From: Candidatus Lokiarchaeum ossiferum
GTDB taxonomy: Archaea; Asgardarchaeota; Lokiarchaeia; Sigyniarchaeales; Promethearchaeaceae
Direction of reading: 5' to 3'
Assembly (NCBI GenBank): GCA_025839675.1
Contig: CP104013.1
Span: 4,650,001 to 4,682,000, forward strand
DNA: 32,000 nt
The notes below the pieces were generated by a model. That model was not told where the DNA came from and searched no databases. It was given only the letters and a program-made list of their open reading frames with translations. Below are positions 1-8,808 of this stretch, one piece after another. A program made the translations under genes and the position numbers. The stretch's first letter is position 1; each line of letters begins with the position of its first letter.

Positions 1-2
1 AT

Positions 3-113
3 AATTTTCATAAAGATGGGACCTTAAGAAATCACCAGTTTATTGATGGAAAATATGAAAACATGACCATCTTTTCTATTTTGCAACATGAATTCAAGCC
101 TTTAGAACCTTAA
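3..113 (+). CDS. C-terminal fragment of a GNAT-family acetyltransferase (5' end outside window)
   Basis: Frame 3 is open from the window edge to TAA at 111-113: NFHKDGTLRNHQFIDGKYENMTIFSILQHEFKPLEP*. The G-x-L-R...DGKY-x-[DN]...IL..EF tail is typical of RimJ/RimL-type GNAT enzymes. It is absent from the ORF track because no start codon lies in the window. A T6 run follows at 116-121. Confidence 0.4.
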   Translation, partial: NFHKDGTLRNHQFIDGKYENMTIFSILQHEFKPLEP

Positions 114-197
114 TCTTTTTTCTTGAAAAAATATCCACCTATTAAAGTTCGTTAAAATATCTGGTCTAACTTAAAACGAATTGAATACCTTTATTAT

Positions 198-683
198 TTA
201 TATTTCTTCAACCCAGACTATATTTTGGTCGTAATCAAACTCATATTTAACTTTAACTTCATCAAATTCTTTTAGAGTGATGGCATCATCCAATACTGCT
301 TGACTGACATAAGCGGGATCGGCATTATTTTCACATTTTGGAAAATTTGGACATCGATAGAATACCAATCTTATTGATATCACTTTGTCCATTTCCAGCT
401 TGCATTTTTTGCAGTAAGTTCGGAGCATATGTCTTTGTTCTTTGCGTTTCGCCATAATTTCCATAAGAATTTCCTTTTTTTCACTTGAGGAAATGTCTTT
501 TTTCTTAGCTTTAAATTGAACATTAAACGGGTGGATTAAAGCTTTTTCGGGAGGAAATTCGTCGGAAACAAAATAATTACAATGGAACATGTGTTTTATC
601 AAAGTAAGATCAAAATTTCTCGGACAAGCATCTTTATTGGCGCATTGCTTGCACAATGATCCATCATTGCTTACTAGCGACAT
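198..683 (-). CDS. hypothetical Cys-rich protein with two putative zinc-binding modules
   Basis: 161-aa ORF. It has an N-terminal CKQC...C...HC cluster. A second module, CKKC-x16-CPNFPKC, resembles the topoisomerase-type C4 zinc finger. No catalytic motif recognised. Confidence 0.55.
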   Translation of the reverse strand: MSLVSNDGSLCKQCANKDACPRNFDLTLIKHMFHCNYFVSDEFPPEKALIHPFNVQFKAKKKDISSSEKKEILMEIMAKRKEQRHMLRTYCKKCKLEMDKVISIRLVFYRCPNFPKCENNADPAYVSQAVLDDAITLKEFDEVKVKYEFDYDQNIVWVEEI

Positions 684-735
684 AGGAATCTGATCTTTAT
701 AATATTGGAGATTATTTAGTTGCTCTTTTTGAGAA

Positions 736-762
736 AAAAAATCTATCTAAATTAGATTTTTT
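736..762. promoter_or_regulatory. perfect 10-bp inverted repeat in a divergent promoter region
   Basis: AAAAAATCTA (736-745), a 7-nt spacer, then TAGATTTTTT (753-762). It lies between the divergently transcribed genes starting at 683 (-) and 803 (+), so it cannot be a terminator. TTTTATAG at 759-766 is a possible TATA box for the + gene. Confidence 0.3.
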
Positions 763-802
763 ATAGAAAACTTTAACTAAATTTTAACACATCTTCTTTT
801 AG

Positions 803-1612
803 ATGACCTCAAGACGATTGGATTTAATACGACTTGATTATGCCTTTGCAGTTTTGATCCCATGTCTTTTGCCAATTTTCATTAATAATTTGAAAATTAT
901 TCCCCATTTAGACATTTTAATTGGATTTCTTTTCTTATCTATTACTGGTAGTACTTTAAACGACGCTTTGGATCGACGAAATCCACGTGAAAAAGAGACT
1001 ATTGAACGAACTAAAGATTTTCAATGGAAAGAACTAGCGGCTTTATCAATAGTGAGTGGGTGTTTGGGAATTTTTCTTTTCATTCGAACAATTACTGAAA
1101 ATTTAATCAATGCTATTTTCTTTGCTTTAATTATTGGATTTGTTATATTTTACTGCTTGAAAAAAGAAATTCCCATTTTAAACCAGTTTCTGTTAGCGAC
1201 ATCGCATATTATCTTCCCCTATTTGATGATAAAAGCTGATGCTGGATTACTAAATTCATTTCCTACTGTCGGAGAGATTTTCTTTTTACTTGCCCTCCTC
1301 ATTTTCGGGATATGTGGAGAGACTGTGCATGAAATTATTGATTCAGACGCAATTTCTTCTTATTCGTTAAAAAATCAACAAAAAATTGTTCTCATTACCG
1401 CAGTTATTTCAATTGTGTGTTCATTAGTAGCTGGGCTCTTATTGAATGAGCCTGTCGTTTATGCAGTAATGGTAATTCCCATTGGTGTGATTTATGCATT
1501 TCGCAAGCCCACAAAGTCATCTCCTGGTGTTAAGGATATTGGGATAATCATGGGTAATTTGGTGATGTTATTACTCCTTGTGTTGATAATCCAGAAAAAT
1601 TATCAAGAATAA
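803..1612 (+). CDS. UbiA-superfamily prenyltransferase-like integral membrane protein (divergent)
   Basis: 269-aa polytopic hydrophobic ORF. LNDALDRRNP after the second hydrophobic segment resembles the first Asp-rich NDxxDxxxD motif of UbiA enzymes, but one Asp is missing. HEIIDSDAIS resembles the second DxxxD motif. YCLKKE lies between them, similar to the conserved YSxxxK. Confidence 0.45.
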   Translation: MTSRRLDLIRLDYAFAVLIPCLLPIFINNLKIIPHLDILIGFLFLSITGSTLNDALDRRNPREKETIERTKDFQWKELAALSIVSGCLGIFLFIRTITENLINAIFFALIIGFVIFYCLKKEIPILNQFLLATSHIIFPYLMIKADAGLLNSFPTVGEIFFLLALLIFGICGETVHEIIDSDAISSYSLKNQQKIVLITAVISIVCSLVAGLLLNEPVVYAVMVIPIGVIYAFRKPTKSSPGVKDIGIIMGNLVMLLLLVLIIQKNYQE

Positions 1613-1624
1613 TTGTTCATCAAT

Positions 1625-2401
1625 TTATTTTTTTGAAAAAATTATACATATATTCATTATTTTTTTCTGCGGTTGGAAACGAGCATCCATTTTCATCAGT
1701 TTACTTCCCCATAATACAAATTTATCCCAGATTCGATGAAAAATCGGATTTTTTTGGTATCGTGATCGAAGATTTTGAAGATCTTCTTCCATTTTTTCTG
1801 GATTACTCCCTTGAGAAAATTGCGCAAATCGCATAACTTGCCCATATACTCCAAATACGCACACTTCTTTTAATCCCAAGGGTAAAAAGAGATCTCTAAG
1901 TTGGTTGAGTTCATATCTTCGATAATGCCCTATTATTACATCTTGATGAGAGTAGTACTTCATACGATGAGGAACACTTAGGAGTAATGTTCCTTTAGTC
2001 TTTAAAACTCGAACTAATTCAGAAGCTGCTAATTGATCGTTCTTTACATGCTCAATCACATCTAGTGCAGAAACTAAATCAAAAGTTCCAGATTGAAAAG
2101 GCAAAAATGTGATAGACCCCATTGAAGGATGATTTTTTGGAAATTGCGCATATTGCGTCATCGGAAGGTGTGCCAAATCTATATAGGTTCTGTTAATTAT
2201 CCCATCTAAAAACGGAAGAATTGAGTTTCCGCTACAACCAACATCAATTGCATTTGAAAACTTACGTGATCCTAAATATTTTTTAATTAAATCATATTTA
2301 GCCATAGTTCCTGGTGAAATACGATAATCTATTAGTGTGCGTTTTGCAAAATTGGGATGATTATCATAAAAATCTTTTTTTTTGATGATATGGTCTGACA
2401 T
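1625..2401 (-). CDS. class I SAM-dependent methyltransferase
   Basis: 258 aa. It has Rossmann motif I AIDVGCSGNS and the post-I/II region FDLVSALDVIEHV. LKTKGTLLLSVP is typical of the Methyltransf_11/23 type. Confidence 0.8.
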   Translation of the reverse strand: MSDHIIKKKDFYDNHPNFAKRTLIDYRISPGTMAKYDLIKKYLGSRKFSNAIDVGCSGNSILPFLDGIINRTYIDLAHLPMTQYAQFPKNHPSMGSITFLPFQSGTFDLVSALDVIEHVKNDQLAASELVRVLKTKGTLLLSVPHRMKYYSHQDVIIGHYRRYELNQLRDLFLPLGLKEVCVFGVYGQVMRFAQFSQGSNPEKMEEDLQNLRSRYQKNPIFHRIWDKFVLWGSKLMKMDARFQPQKKIMNICIIFSKK

Positions 2402-2563
2402 TTGGTCACAGCAGGATTAGAATATTTCAGTATGTAGCCAAATAAGATTCTAAAAAACAAAAATTTATTGGCACATCAATGAATTTGAAGACTTAAAACT
2501 TCTGCCAAAGACTAGACTCCATAATTTTTATATTGTAAAAGAACAAAATATATGTGATAGCAT

Positions 2564-3121
2564 ATGTCAAAAGGTAAAATCTTCGGTATAAGTACATTAA
2601 TGTATTTACTCTTAAATCTACTTTTTATTGTACTCTATGGAATTGTCGGTTTACACAACAGCTTTGGTGAGTTTTTTGGTCTAATTGCGGATGATATTAG
2701 CGGATTTCTCACTGCATTATTGACTCCAGGGGGCATCGTAAGTGATGTTTTTGGAGGAACTCACTATTATATTGTATTAATTTCCACTCCTGGATCCATG
2801 ACTCAAGGGATTGTTGGCCTTTGTTGGGTAATTCTTCCAGGTTTATTAGCTGCTTTAACTGCAGGAATCAAATTGTCTCATGAGAGCAGTAAAAATGCAT
2901 TTACTGGTGTGTTTTTCATGGTTTTGATCTTTACATCATTGCCACTTATTTTGGCTGCAGTTTGGAGTCCAAATGCTGCTAGTGTCATGACGACTGAAAT
3001 GGTACCTTTTATGTATCAAGATATTGTAGGTGTTATGCAATACCTTTATCCCCCCTTAGTAGGATTATTTAACGCCCTATTCTTTGGTGGAATTGCAGCA
3101 GCTTCTGCATCCAGTCTTTAA
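2564..3121 (+). CDS. hypothetical polytopic membrane protein
   Basis: 185-aa ORF with about five Gly/Leu-rich hydrophobic segments and no recognisable motif. A T9 run at 3139-3147 lies just downstream. Confidence 0.55.
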   Translation: MSKGKIFGISTLMYLLLNLLFIVLYGIVGLHNSFGEFFGLIADDISGFLTALLTPGGIVSDVFGGTHYYIVLISTPGSMTQGIVGLCWVILPGLLAALTAGIKLSHESSKNAFTGVFFMVLIFTSLPLILAAVWSPNAASVMTTEMVPFMYQDIVGVMQYLYPPLVGLFNALFFGGIAAASASSL

Positions 3122-3173
3122 AAAGTGAAATAGATATCTTTTTTTTTCCCATTTTCTTTATTTTATTATTCAA

Positions 3174-3620
3174 ATGAAAAAAAATCTCACCGATTCCCTA
3201 AAATCAAAGTATGTCTTCAGGAAATTACATGGAAAATTTTATGATGTAAAATTTGGAACAGAAATTGTAAAAATTAAGAAAATCTATATTTTCCAAGAAC
3301 ATGATAAAAAAAAATCATATTTAGTCATAGAAACTTCCACTTCGACCTTTTTAGGTATAATTTTAGCACATCAATCATCTGATCTTTTAGCATTAATCGG
3401 AAAAAAGATCCTTCAAGAAAAAAAAAGAACCCATGATACCGAAGAAAACGCAAATCTCATTCAATATCTGTTGCCTATGGGAAATCATCAGGTGAAATTA
3501 ATTGCATTTTATATTTGGACAAACGAAGAACAAGCTTTAGAAATAATACAGAAGTTGGATAGTATTTATGAAAAATTCAAACAAAAAATGAATATAATCA
3601 TTTCACCAGCAATGATGTGA
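3174..3620 (+). CDS. hypothetical soluble protein
   Basis: 148-aa ORF, Lys-rich, with no recognisable motif. Called from ORF length, and from its fit in the gap between neighbouring genes. Confidence 0.5.
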   Translation: MKKNLTDSLKSKYVFRKLHGKFYDVKFGTEIVKIKKIYIFQEHDKKKSYLVIETSTSTFLGIILAHQSSDLLALIGKKILQEKKRTHDTEENANLIQYLLPMGNHQVKLIAFYIWTNEEQALEIIQKLDSIYEKFKQKMNIIISPAMM

Positions 3621-3628
3621 TGAAAGAA

Positions 3629-4282
3629 TTAGTTAAATGAAATAAATTTACTGGCAAGTTCATCATGTTCTAAAATTTGAGCTTCTAATATTAATGGATA
3701 ATTTTTGTTGAAAAATTGGCTCAATTGGGCAAATTCGGTTTGGGCTTCAGTAAATTTCTTTTCATCTAATAAAGTTTGGATCAACTTCGATTTTTCTTTA
3801 CAATACTTATTCACTTGAGCTTTTCGCATAAGTTCTAAAAATTTTTCCTTATTGGCTTCAATGCGATACAATCCCATGAGTTCTAATTGTTCTTCTATTT
3901 TTTGAGAGACCAAAGAAAAATCTCCATTATTCAAGGTAATAGAAATATCTTCTAAAATTGTGGGCATACTTCGGAGGAATATTTCCTTTTCAAAAAATTT
4001 GGAATCAACAGGTAAAAATAAGAGTCCGAAACCAAAAACAAATAAAATTAATCCTAAAATTAATACCCATGTAATATTTGCAGGAAGAATACTATATTGT
4101 ATTAAATCCAAGGTCGATTGTTCATAGGTGATGAAAAATATTAACATAATTGCGGCGACTATCCATAAACTTAGGATTAAAATTTGCACTTTTACCGATT
4201 TATTGAAAAGATTGAGTTTTTCGCGTAAATTTTCGAATGTATGTTTTGTGGAATTGCTTTTTGTTTCTTCCATGATAATCAA
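3629..4282 (-). CDS. hypothetical membrane protein with helical cytoplasmic tail
   Basis: 217 aa. Two clear hydrophobic helices (VQILILSLWIVAAIMLIFFI and WVLILGLILFVFGFGLLFLP) are followed by a roughly 120-aa charged, helix-prone region. Several alternative Met starts lie at the N-terminus (MIIMEE). Confidence 0.55.
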   Translation of the reverse strand: MIIMEETKSNSTKHTFENLREKLNLFNKSVKVQILILSLWIVAAIMLIFFITYEQSTLDLIQYSILPANITWVLILGLILFVFGFGLLFLPVDSKFFEKEIFLRSMPTILEDISITLNNGDFSLVSQKIEEQLELMGLYRIEANKEKFLELMRKAQVNKYCKEKSKLIQTLLDEKKFTEAQTEFAQLSQFFNKNYPLILEAQILEHDELASKFISFN

Positions 4283-4344
4283 CTAAGTGTTTATCTAAGA
4301 TTTGTTATTGTAACTTTATATTTTTTGGGGCCTTCAAATATAAT

Positions 4345-5406
4345 ATGTACGATCATGAGAAGGAAATTAGCGAAATTGCTAGTCGACTACAAAAAGATAA
4401 TATCTCATTTAAAGATAAAAATATCTTGATGACCGGAGGGGCTGGATTTTTAGGTTCATGGATGTGTGAAACATTATTGAGTCAGGGTGCCAATGTAATT
4501 TGTATTGACAATCTAAGTTCTGGTCAATGGACAAACATTTCTCATTTAATTAATAATCCACATTTCAGATTTATTCGCCACGATATTTCAACACCTATAT
4601 ATTTTGGAAAGGTTGTTCCAAATGCAATTTGCTATCCTAATATAACTGATCGTATAGACTTTGTGATGCATCTTGCGAGTCGTGCATCTCCATTTGAATT
4701 TAAGAATCATGCGATTTCCATTATGAAATCTAATACATTGGGCACCATGAATGCTCTGGGTATCGCTTTGGAGCATAATTCAGTTCTTTTTTATTCTTCT
4801 ACATCAGAATGTTATGGAAATCCACCTCCTTCTCAAGTTCCTACTTCAGAAGACTACTGGGGGCATGTGAATCCTATTGGACCTCGTTCTTGCTATGATG
4901 AATCCAAACGAGCGGGAGAAGCATTTTTGAAAGCTTATGAGTTACAGCATAATGTGAATGTACATTTTGCTCGAATTTTTAATACCTATGGGCCACGAAT
5001 TCGCGCTGGAAAAGAATTTGGTCGTGTAGTTCCCAATTTTATAAACCAATGTTTAAATGATGAACCAATTACTGTTTTTGGTGATGGAAATCAGACCCGT
5101 TGTTTTACCTATGTTGTGGATGAAGTTGAAGGTTTGTTGCGGGATGCATTTATTCCTGAAGCGAGGGGTCTTCCTATCAATGTTGGGCAAGTTAAGGTGG
5201 ATAGCGTCTTATATTTAGCAGAAACAATTAAAAGAATTACCAATTCCAACTCAAAAATTATTTTCAAACCTTTACCAATTGACGATCCAATTTTACGTCA
5301 ACCAGATTTAACTCGCGCAAAAAAAATATTAAATTGGGAGCCTAGAACGGATTTAGACACGGGGTTGAAGAAAACTATTCAGTGGTTTAAAGAGACACAA
5401 GTTTAA
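4345..5406 (+). CDS. uxs: UDP-glucuronate decarboxylase (UDP-xylose synthase)-type extended SDR
   Basis: 353 aa. It has the TGGAGFLGS NAD-binding motif and a YDESKRAGE catalytic YxxxK. The strings EDYWGHVNPIGPRSCYDE, ARIFNTYGPR and GDGNQTRCFTYV closely match the conserved UXS/ArnA-decarboxylase blocks. Confidence 0.85.
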   Translation: MYDHEKEISEIASRLQKDNISFKDKNILMTGGAGFLGSWMCETLLSQGANVICIDNLSSGQWTNISHLINNPHFRFIRHDISTPIYFGKVVPNAICYPNITDRIDFVMHLASRASPFEFKNHAISIMKSNTLGTMNALGIALEHNSVLFYSSTSECYGNPPPSQVPTSEDYWGHVNPIGPRSCYDESKRAGEAFLKAYELQHNVNVHFARIFNTYGPRIRAGKEFGRVVPNFINQCLNDEPITVFGDGNQTRCFTYVVDEVEGLLRDAFIPEARGLPINVGQVKVDSVLYLAETIKRITNSNSKIIFKPLPIDDPILRQPDLTRAKKILNWEPRTDLDTGLKKTIQWFKETQV

Positions 5407-5443
5407 TTTTTTTATTTGCATTTAATAATTTTAGGTGTCCACA

Positions 5444-5956
5444 ATGTCTGAAGATCCTGAATGGAAAGATGGGTTGTCTTTAAATAAGATAACACGTATT
5501 GTTCTTTTAGCTGGTATAATTGTTGTGTCTGGTGCTATGGTCTATACATTAACCCGTCCTGAAGAAGAAGATGTATTGTTTTTTATTTTAAATGAAGACC
5601 AAGTTATGAAAGATTATCCTGTTAATGCTTCAGTAAATCAGAATGTATCTGTTCATGCCTTTGTTGAAAACCATTTGCAAAGATCTGCTGAATTTGCCGT
5701 AAGAGTTTATCGAGGAAATAGCAATTTGACCCATAACATTTCAATTGGTGTTGAGCATAATTCCTATGCAACATATTTATTTAATTACACAAAAATTCTT
5801 GAAAATGAAGTTTCTTGGATAACTCCTAAGATCAATGTATCTTTTCCCATTGCGGGACCAGATCAACAAGTTATATTAGAATTGTGGGTTAATACTGACT
5901 TTGGATGGCGTTTTCTTCCAGAGTATATTACATTTCTGCGCATTGAAGTCTACTGA
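5444..5956 (+). CDS. DUF1616-like membrane-anchored protein
   Basis: The ORF track starts at GTG 5435. I prefer ATG 5444, which sits 6 nt after AGGTG (5433-5437). There is one N-terminal TM helix (IVLLAGIIVVSGAMVYTL). The pattern that follows (FFILNED...DYPVNASVNQNVSVHAFVENH...EFAVRVY) resembles archaeal DUF1616 proteins. Confidence 0.5.
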   Translation: MSEDPEWKDGLSLNKITRIVLLAGIIVVSGAMVYTLTRPEEEDVLFFILNEDQVMKDYPVNASVNQNVSVHAFVENHLQRSAEFAVRVYRGNSNLTHNISIGVEHNSYATYLFNYTKILENEVSWITPKINVSFPIAGPDQQVILELWVNTDFGWRFLPEYITFLRIEVY

Positions 5957-5987
5957 GAACTATCTTGCACGAAAAAATTCAAAAAAA

Positions 5988-7373
5988 TTAGGTTCTTCCG
6001 GATATCGATGCTTTACTAATTTTTATCCAAGGGACAAAGGCTTCATCTACCCATTTTCGTTCTTGGCTGACTTCCTCAATACGATTATATGCATCTAATA
6101 AGTTAATACCAAGTAATGTTTCGGAAACAGCTGGACCAAGTACTCCATCTCTTATGATATATCCAGTCATAATCAATCCTGAAAAATCGCCTGTTATTTC
6201 ATTTGGAGAATCTCCTGTATATTCAAAATAGATTCCTTTTTTGATATCTGCAATCATATCATTTTTTTTTCTATTGCCTGATGCCATTACAATGTTATTA
6301 TTGGAAATTCCAATGTTCCCACTATAACTTCCCCGAGAAGCATGTCCATTGGAATCCACTTTTGCTCTTCCAGCAGTGAATGAATTATGATAAAAATGTT
6401 TGAGTACTCCATCTTGAATCATTGTTGTTTGTTCTGTGGCAATCCCTTCAGCGTCAAATGATTCGGTACCCAATTTTCCTGGAATGAACGGATCATCTTG
6501 AATAGTAAACTTTTTGTTTCCAATTTCCTTTCCTAAATAATCACCTAAAAATGACATCTGGTTATATACTCGTTCTGCATTTAATGCATCAGTTAAGGGT
6601 TCAATGAGGAAATGTGCGACTGCTAATGGTGATAATATAAGAGGATATTCCCCTGAATCAACTCCTTTCCGATTTAAACCTTTCAATGCCATATTATAAC
6701 TTGTTTCCGCTACATTTGAAACATCTAAATTTTCGATCTGACATACACTTTGCCAATCAAAACCTCCACTCGGAATGTTGTTTTTCATCAAACTTACTTC
6801 GGTACTACAACCGATAGTTGAAAAACGATCCCATTGATTTATCCCATTACTATTCCAAATGAAAGTGGTACCTATCGATGCAGAAAATCCGCCTGAAAGC
6901 GCGATCGGTTTCATTGTTCGATTTTTTAAATCGAAAATCGGTTTCATTTGATTGTTGATATCATCGGGGCAAATATCTTCAATTAAAGGATCATAAGTTC
7001 CTTGAACCTCAGTATATTTTTTGGATGGAAACGCCAAATTTATAAAATCAGGATTTGGTGTAGCAGCTTTCATCATTTTTATTGCCTGTGATGAGATAAG
7101 CGAAATTGCTGCATCTGAGAAATCTGAGGTAAATGTCATTCCTTCTTTCCCTTGCTCCCCGATAAGACGCAATCCAATACCTCCCGCTTTTTTTTGGAAA
7201 GCATTTTTTATAAATCCTTGTTCAAATGAAACTTTTGTATTTTTAAAACTATTAGCATATATTTCAACGTGCTTAATTTCTTGCTTATTCCGTAATTTTT
7301 GGTAGATTTTTTCTGCGAGTGTTTCAAAATAGCTCCGTTCAAATAATTCAATTAATTCACAAGAATTTTCCAT
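5988..7373 (-). CDS. pmbA: PmbA/TldE, the non-catalytic partner of the TldD metalloprotease
   Basis: PmbA_TldD-family sequence with GGFSAS, DAEG and TGDFSG blocks but no HExxxH. The track ORF extends to 7457, but that extension overlaps the tldD 3' end. The ATG at 7373 lies 1 nt after the tldD stop, and GGAGGA (7381-7386, minus strand) sits 7 nt upstream. Confidence 0.85.
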   Translation of the reverse strand: MENSCELIELFERSYFETLAEKIYQKLRNKQEIKHVEIYANSFKNTKVSFEQGFIKNAFQKKAGGIGLRLIGEQGKEGMTFTSDFSDAAISLISSQAIKMMKAATPNPDFINLAFPSKKYTEVQGTYDPLIEDICPDDINNQMKPIFDLKNRTMKPIALSGGFSASIGTTFIWNSNGINQWDRFSTIGCSTEVSLMKNNIPSGGFDWQSVCQIENLDVSNVAETSYNMALKGLNRKGVDSGEYPLILSPLAVAHFLIEPLTDALNAERVYNQMSFLGDYLGKEIGNKKFTIQDDPFIPGKLGTESFDAEGIATEQTTMIQDGVLKHFYHNSFTAGRAKVDSNGHASRGSYSGNIGISNNNIVMASGNRKKNDMIADIKKGIYFEYTGDSPNEITGDFSGLIMTGYIIRDGVLGPAVSETLLGINLLDAYNRIEEVSQERKWVDEAFVPWIKISKASISGRT

Positions 7374-7374
7374 A

Positions 7375-8808
7375 TTATTGTCCTCCAAATACCATATCTT
7401 TAATCCATGTATGTGGACCTCCTGAACCCACCGGAATTGATTGGCCGCCTTTTCCACAATAGCCTGTATCTTGAGTGAATTTATTGCTTATTAGGGAAAT
7501 TCGTTGAAGAACCTCTAAGGTGACTCCCGAAATGGCCGCATCTCTGAGAACTTGGGTTTTTTCTCCATTTTCGATTAAATACGCTTTCGATAATTTAAAA
7601 GTAAAATCTCCCGTTATTGGATCTGTATATCCATATTTCCAGCCGATTCCTAAGACCCCTTTTTGCATCTCTGAAATCATTTCGTCCAAACTAGAATCTC
7701 CTGGTTTTAAATAAGTATTTGTCATTCGCACTTGGGGAATTACTGAAAAACCTGCTGCTCGCCCATTACCTGTAGGTTTCACATCCATTTTTGATGCGGT
7801 TTCAAGGGAATGAAGATAATTTACTAGGATACCTTTGTCTACAATCGATGTTTTTTGACTCGGTGTTCCCTCATCATCATACGGAATAAATCCGAATTCT
7901 TTTTCTAAGGTTCCATCATCGATAATTGAAACTAATTCACTACCAACTGGAGAATTCAGTTTATTTGCTAAAATACTCTCCCCCGCAATCACACTATCTG
8001 CTTCTGCAGCGTGTCCAAAGGCTTCGTGGATGAAAGTCCCCGTTAAATGGTGATCCATTATCAAATCATGAACTCCTTGAGGTGCTGGTTTGGAATGGAG
8101 TAATTCTAAAGAATTTTCGGCAGATTCTCTGCCTGTTCCTCGAGCACCTTCTAAAATTTCATAACCCCCATTTCCTCCTCGAGAGATGTGGTATCCTTCT
8201 TGACGATGGGCATCTTTGGCTATCGCTTGGAGGATAAAGAAAATACCGCTGTTTTTTATTCTAACAAATCGATTAAAATTATTGAAAATAAGTTGTTCAT
8301 ATTCATTATCAGAGTAATTGACATTTGTTGACACTATTTTTGGATCAAAGTATGCTTCTTTTTCAATTTCTAATAATAGGTTTACTTTTTCATCGGGATC
8401 AATATTATATATCGGTTTTTTAGGTGAAATTGTAAAAGCGTCTTTTAAACTGGATGTCGGGTGAATGGAGTATTTTTCTCTTGAAAATTGAGAACTCCAT
8501 TTGGCAAGATTTGCAGATTGGACAAAGGTGTCTTCAATTGCATCTTTTGAAAAGGCTTGTCCCGCTGCAAATCCATATCCTCCGTCCTTAAATGTCATTA
8601 TAGAAAATCCTTTACCAATACCTGTATTGGCAGATTTTGTTATTCCCTTTAAGAGTGCAATTTGAGTTGCTTTTCCCTTAGTAAATCGAGCATTGAAATA
8701 TTGAATATTATGTTTTTGGGCTAGATCGCGTAAGAAATCTAGATCTTCGATTTCTAATGAAATAGGTTCCAGATCGATTATATTTTTAACTTGATTCAGA
8801 GTTTTCAT
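7375..8808 (-). CDS. tldD: TldD zinc metalloprotease
   Basis: It carries the HEAFGHAAEAD (HExxxH) metal site, plus YDDEG and TGDFTF blocks typical of TldD. The track start at 8823 is a GTG. The first ATG (8808) forms an ATGA overlap with the stop of the upstream gene, so I prefer it. Confidence 0.9.
   Translation of the reverse strand: MKTLNQVKNIIDLEPISLEIEDLDFLRDLAQKHNIQYFNARFTKGKATQIALLKGITKSANTGIGKGFSIMTFKDGGYGFAAGQAFSKDAIEDTFVQSANLAKWSSQFSREKYSIHPTSSLKDAFTISPKKPIYNIDPDEKVNLLLEIEKEAYFDPKIVSTNVNYSDNEYEQLIFNNFNRFVRIKNSGIFFILQAIAKDAHRQEGYHISRGGNGGYEILEGARGTGRESAENSLELLHSKPAPQGVHDLIMDHHLTGTFIHEAFGHAAEADSVIAGESILANKLNSPVGSELVSIIDDGTLEKEFGFIPYDDEGTPSQKTSIVDKGILVNYLHSLETASKMDVKPTGNGRAAGFSVIPQVRMTNTYLKPGDSSLDEMISEMQKGVLGIGWKYGYTDPITGDFTFKLSKAYLIENGEKTQVLRDAAISGVTLEVLQRISLISNKFTQDTGYCGKGGQSIPVGSGGPHTWIKDMVFGGQ

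Noticed and set aside
7374-7457. N-terminal extensions of three track ORFs: pmbA to 7457, the aminotransferase to 21563, and the HerA-like gene from 21478.
   Set aside because: The extensions overlap neighbouring genes or each other and encode atypical sequence. Internal Met codons give family-typical N-termini with sensible spacing and SD- or TATA-like context.
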